This document shows, piece by piece, positions 62,691-64,000 of a stretch of DNA of 64,000 nt. How positions within the stretch are numbered: the first letter of the stretch is position 1; every line of letters begins with the position of its first letter. The notes under the pieces were generated by a model, which saw only the letters and a program-made list of their open reading frames with translations, did no database searches and had not been told where the DNA came from. This DNA comes from Strigamia acuminata (Eukaryota). A program made the position numbers and the translations under genes. The stretch spans positions 13,206,001 through 13,270,000 of the forward strand of contig OX442314.1 in NCBI GenBank assembly GCA_949358305.1, given 5' to 3'.

Positions 62691-64000
62691 GTATAAAAAA
62701 AAAATTAATTCTCAGAAAAAAAACTCTTCCGAAATAAATGATGGACAAGAAAATTACGTGACAGTTGAAAGTGGTCGTACATCATTTTGACATATTGTCA
62801 TTTCTGTCTGTCGCTTAAATGACGCTTTAATGGATTTTTTTGTGTGTAAAGAAACAAGTTGATTTTTGATGGAAATATTATAAAAGGCGGAGTTTAAATC
62901 GTGCGAGAAGAAAGGGATTTATTCGAGCATCACAACCACTAATGGCACGGGAAACAGGACTCGAATGCGATTTGCTTCGTCGTGTCCATGTGACAATGGG
63001 CGAATTGTTATTTGCTCTTGGCATTGTTCTGCGTAAAATATGCGTCTACGCGTCTTAATCTCCGGACGTTCAGTTCAGTCCAGCGTTGGATTATCAGTTG
63101 GCCGCACAATAAAGATAAAATTGGCTCTGCATTCGTAATGGATTGAACATTGAACTCGCTCTCAAAAGGTTTAAATCATTTTATTACGCTCTTATCTCTT
63201 TATAGTGACCCAGCTACAATTAAACTACCGTAGGTAGAGTTACAATTTAATACACGAAAAATAGAATAAAACATTTTATTCGAGACAAATCCAAGAAAAC
63301 AAATCAAAACACTTTTCATAGACATGGTTTTATGTTGCGAAAGGATACAACTAATGAAGAATGGCGGATTAAAACGGGGAATAAAAAAAAATGTATGAAA
63401 AAGAGAGGTCTTAAAAGACGAGATAAGTTCTTTGCAGTTATTGATGGTGGAATTAATGAAAAAAAAATAGGTTTCCATTTGAGAAAGGGTGTATACCCAC
63501 TAAAGAAATATGCTAGGCAAGCGAAAGAGAAGGATAGACGGAGTGAAAAAGCTCTTTTGTTGTCGATTTAGGTTTTACAAAAGCAATTCACGTTTCGGTT
63601 GCACAAGAGACTCACTTAATGAGTATTGAGTTAGACAAGAGTCCTGCTCCCCCTCATTTGTCCCAGAAGAACGCACTTATTTTGTCGCCGGTATTAGGAA
63701 GAGGAGCACATTTCTGTGTATAAAAGGTCCTTTGCGGTGGACCTAACAGCTCTTGGAGTACTCTTGCACCGGCCATTCTCTTATCAACGAGAGGGAATAC
63801 CGTGTCTTGTCGGTTTGCTCTTGTAAAGAAATGTGTTTGGAATAAAAGCCACTGCAATTACAAATGTAATGCAATTTTTTTGTTTTTGTTAGAAGTGTAC
63901 AATGTATAAATATTTTTCAACGGATAAATTAATAATTACTGCGCTAATTTGGTAGATTAATTTAACTTAAGTTTCCCATAGGGCCAGGAAGCCAAATGAG

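Overview
AT-rich eukaryotic DNA, most likely arthropod judging from the neurexin peptide and a tRNAiMet-like sequence. The window lies inside an alpha-neurexin (Nrx-1-like) gene on the + strand. Six exons between 44285 and 62690 splice in frame into LNS2, LNS3 and EGF2. They include a 27-nt micro-exon at the position of vertebrate splice site 2 and are separated in one place by a 71-nt GC-AG intron. No host exon was found in 1-44284, which looks like one very large intron full of decayed transposons: BEL/Pao, hAT, Merlin, piggyBac, LINE, a Penelope-like end with a hammerhead-ribozyme motif, a tRNA-like SINE head and many MITEs. An intact, very young Ty1/copia element (49279-54052, - strand, identical 215-bp LTRs, AAAAA TSD) sits 1.6 kb downstream of the micro-exon. 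Its primer-binding site is unusually long: 30 nt matching initiator tRNA-Met nt 10-39. All family assignments are by eye from motifs; no database searches were run.
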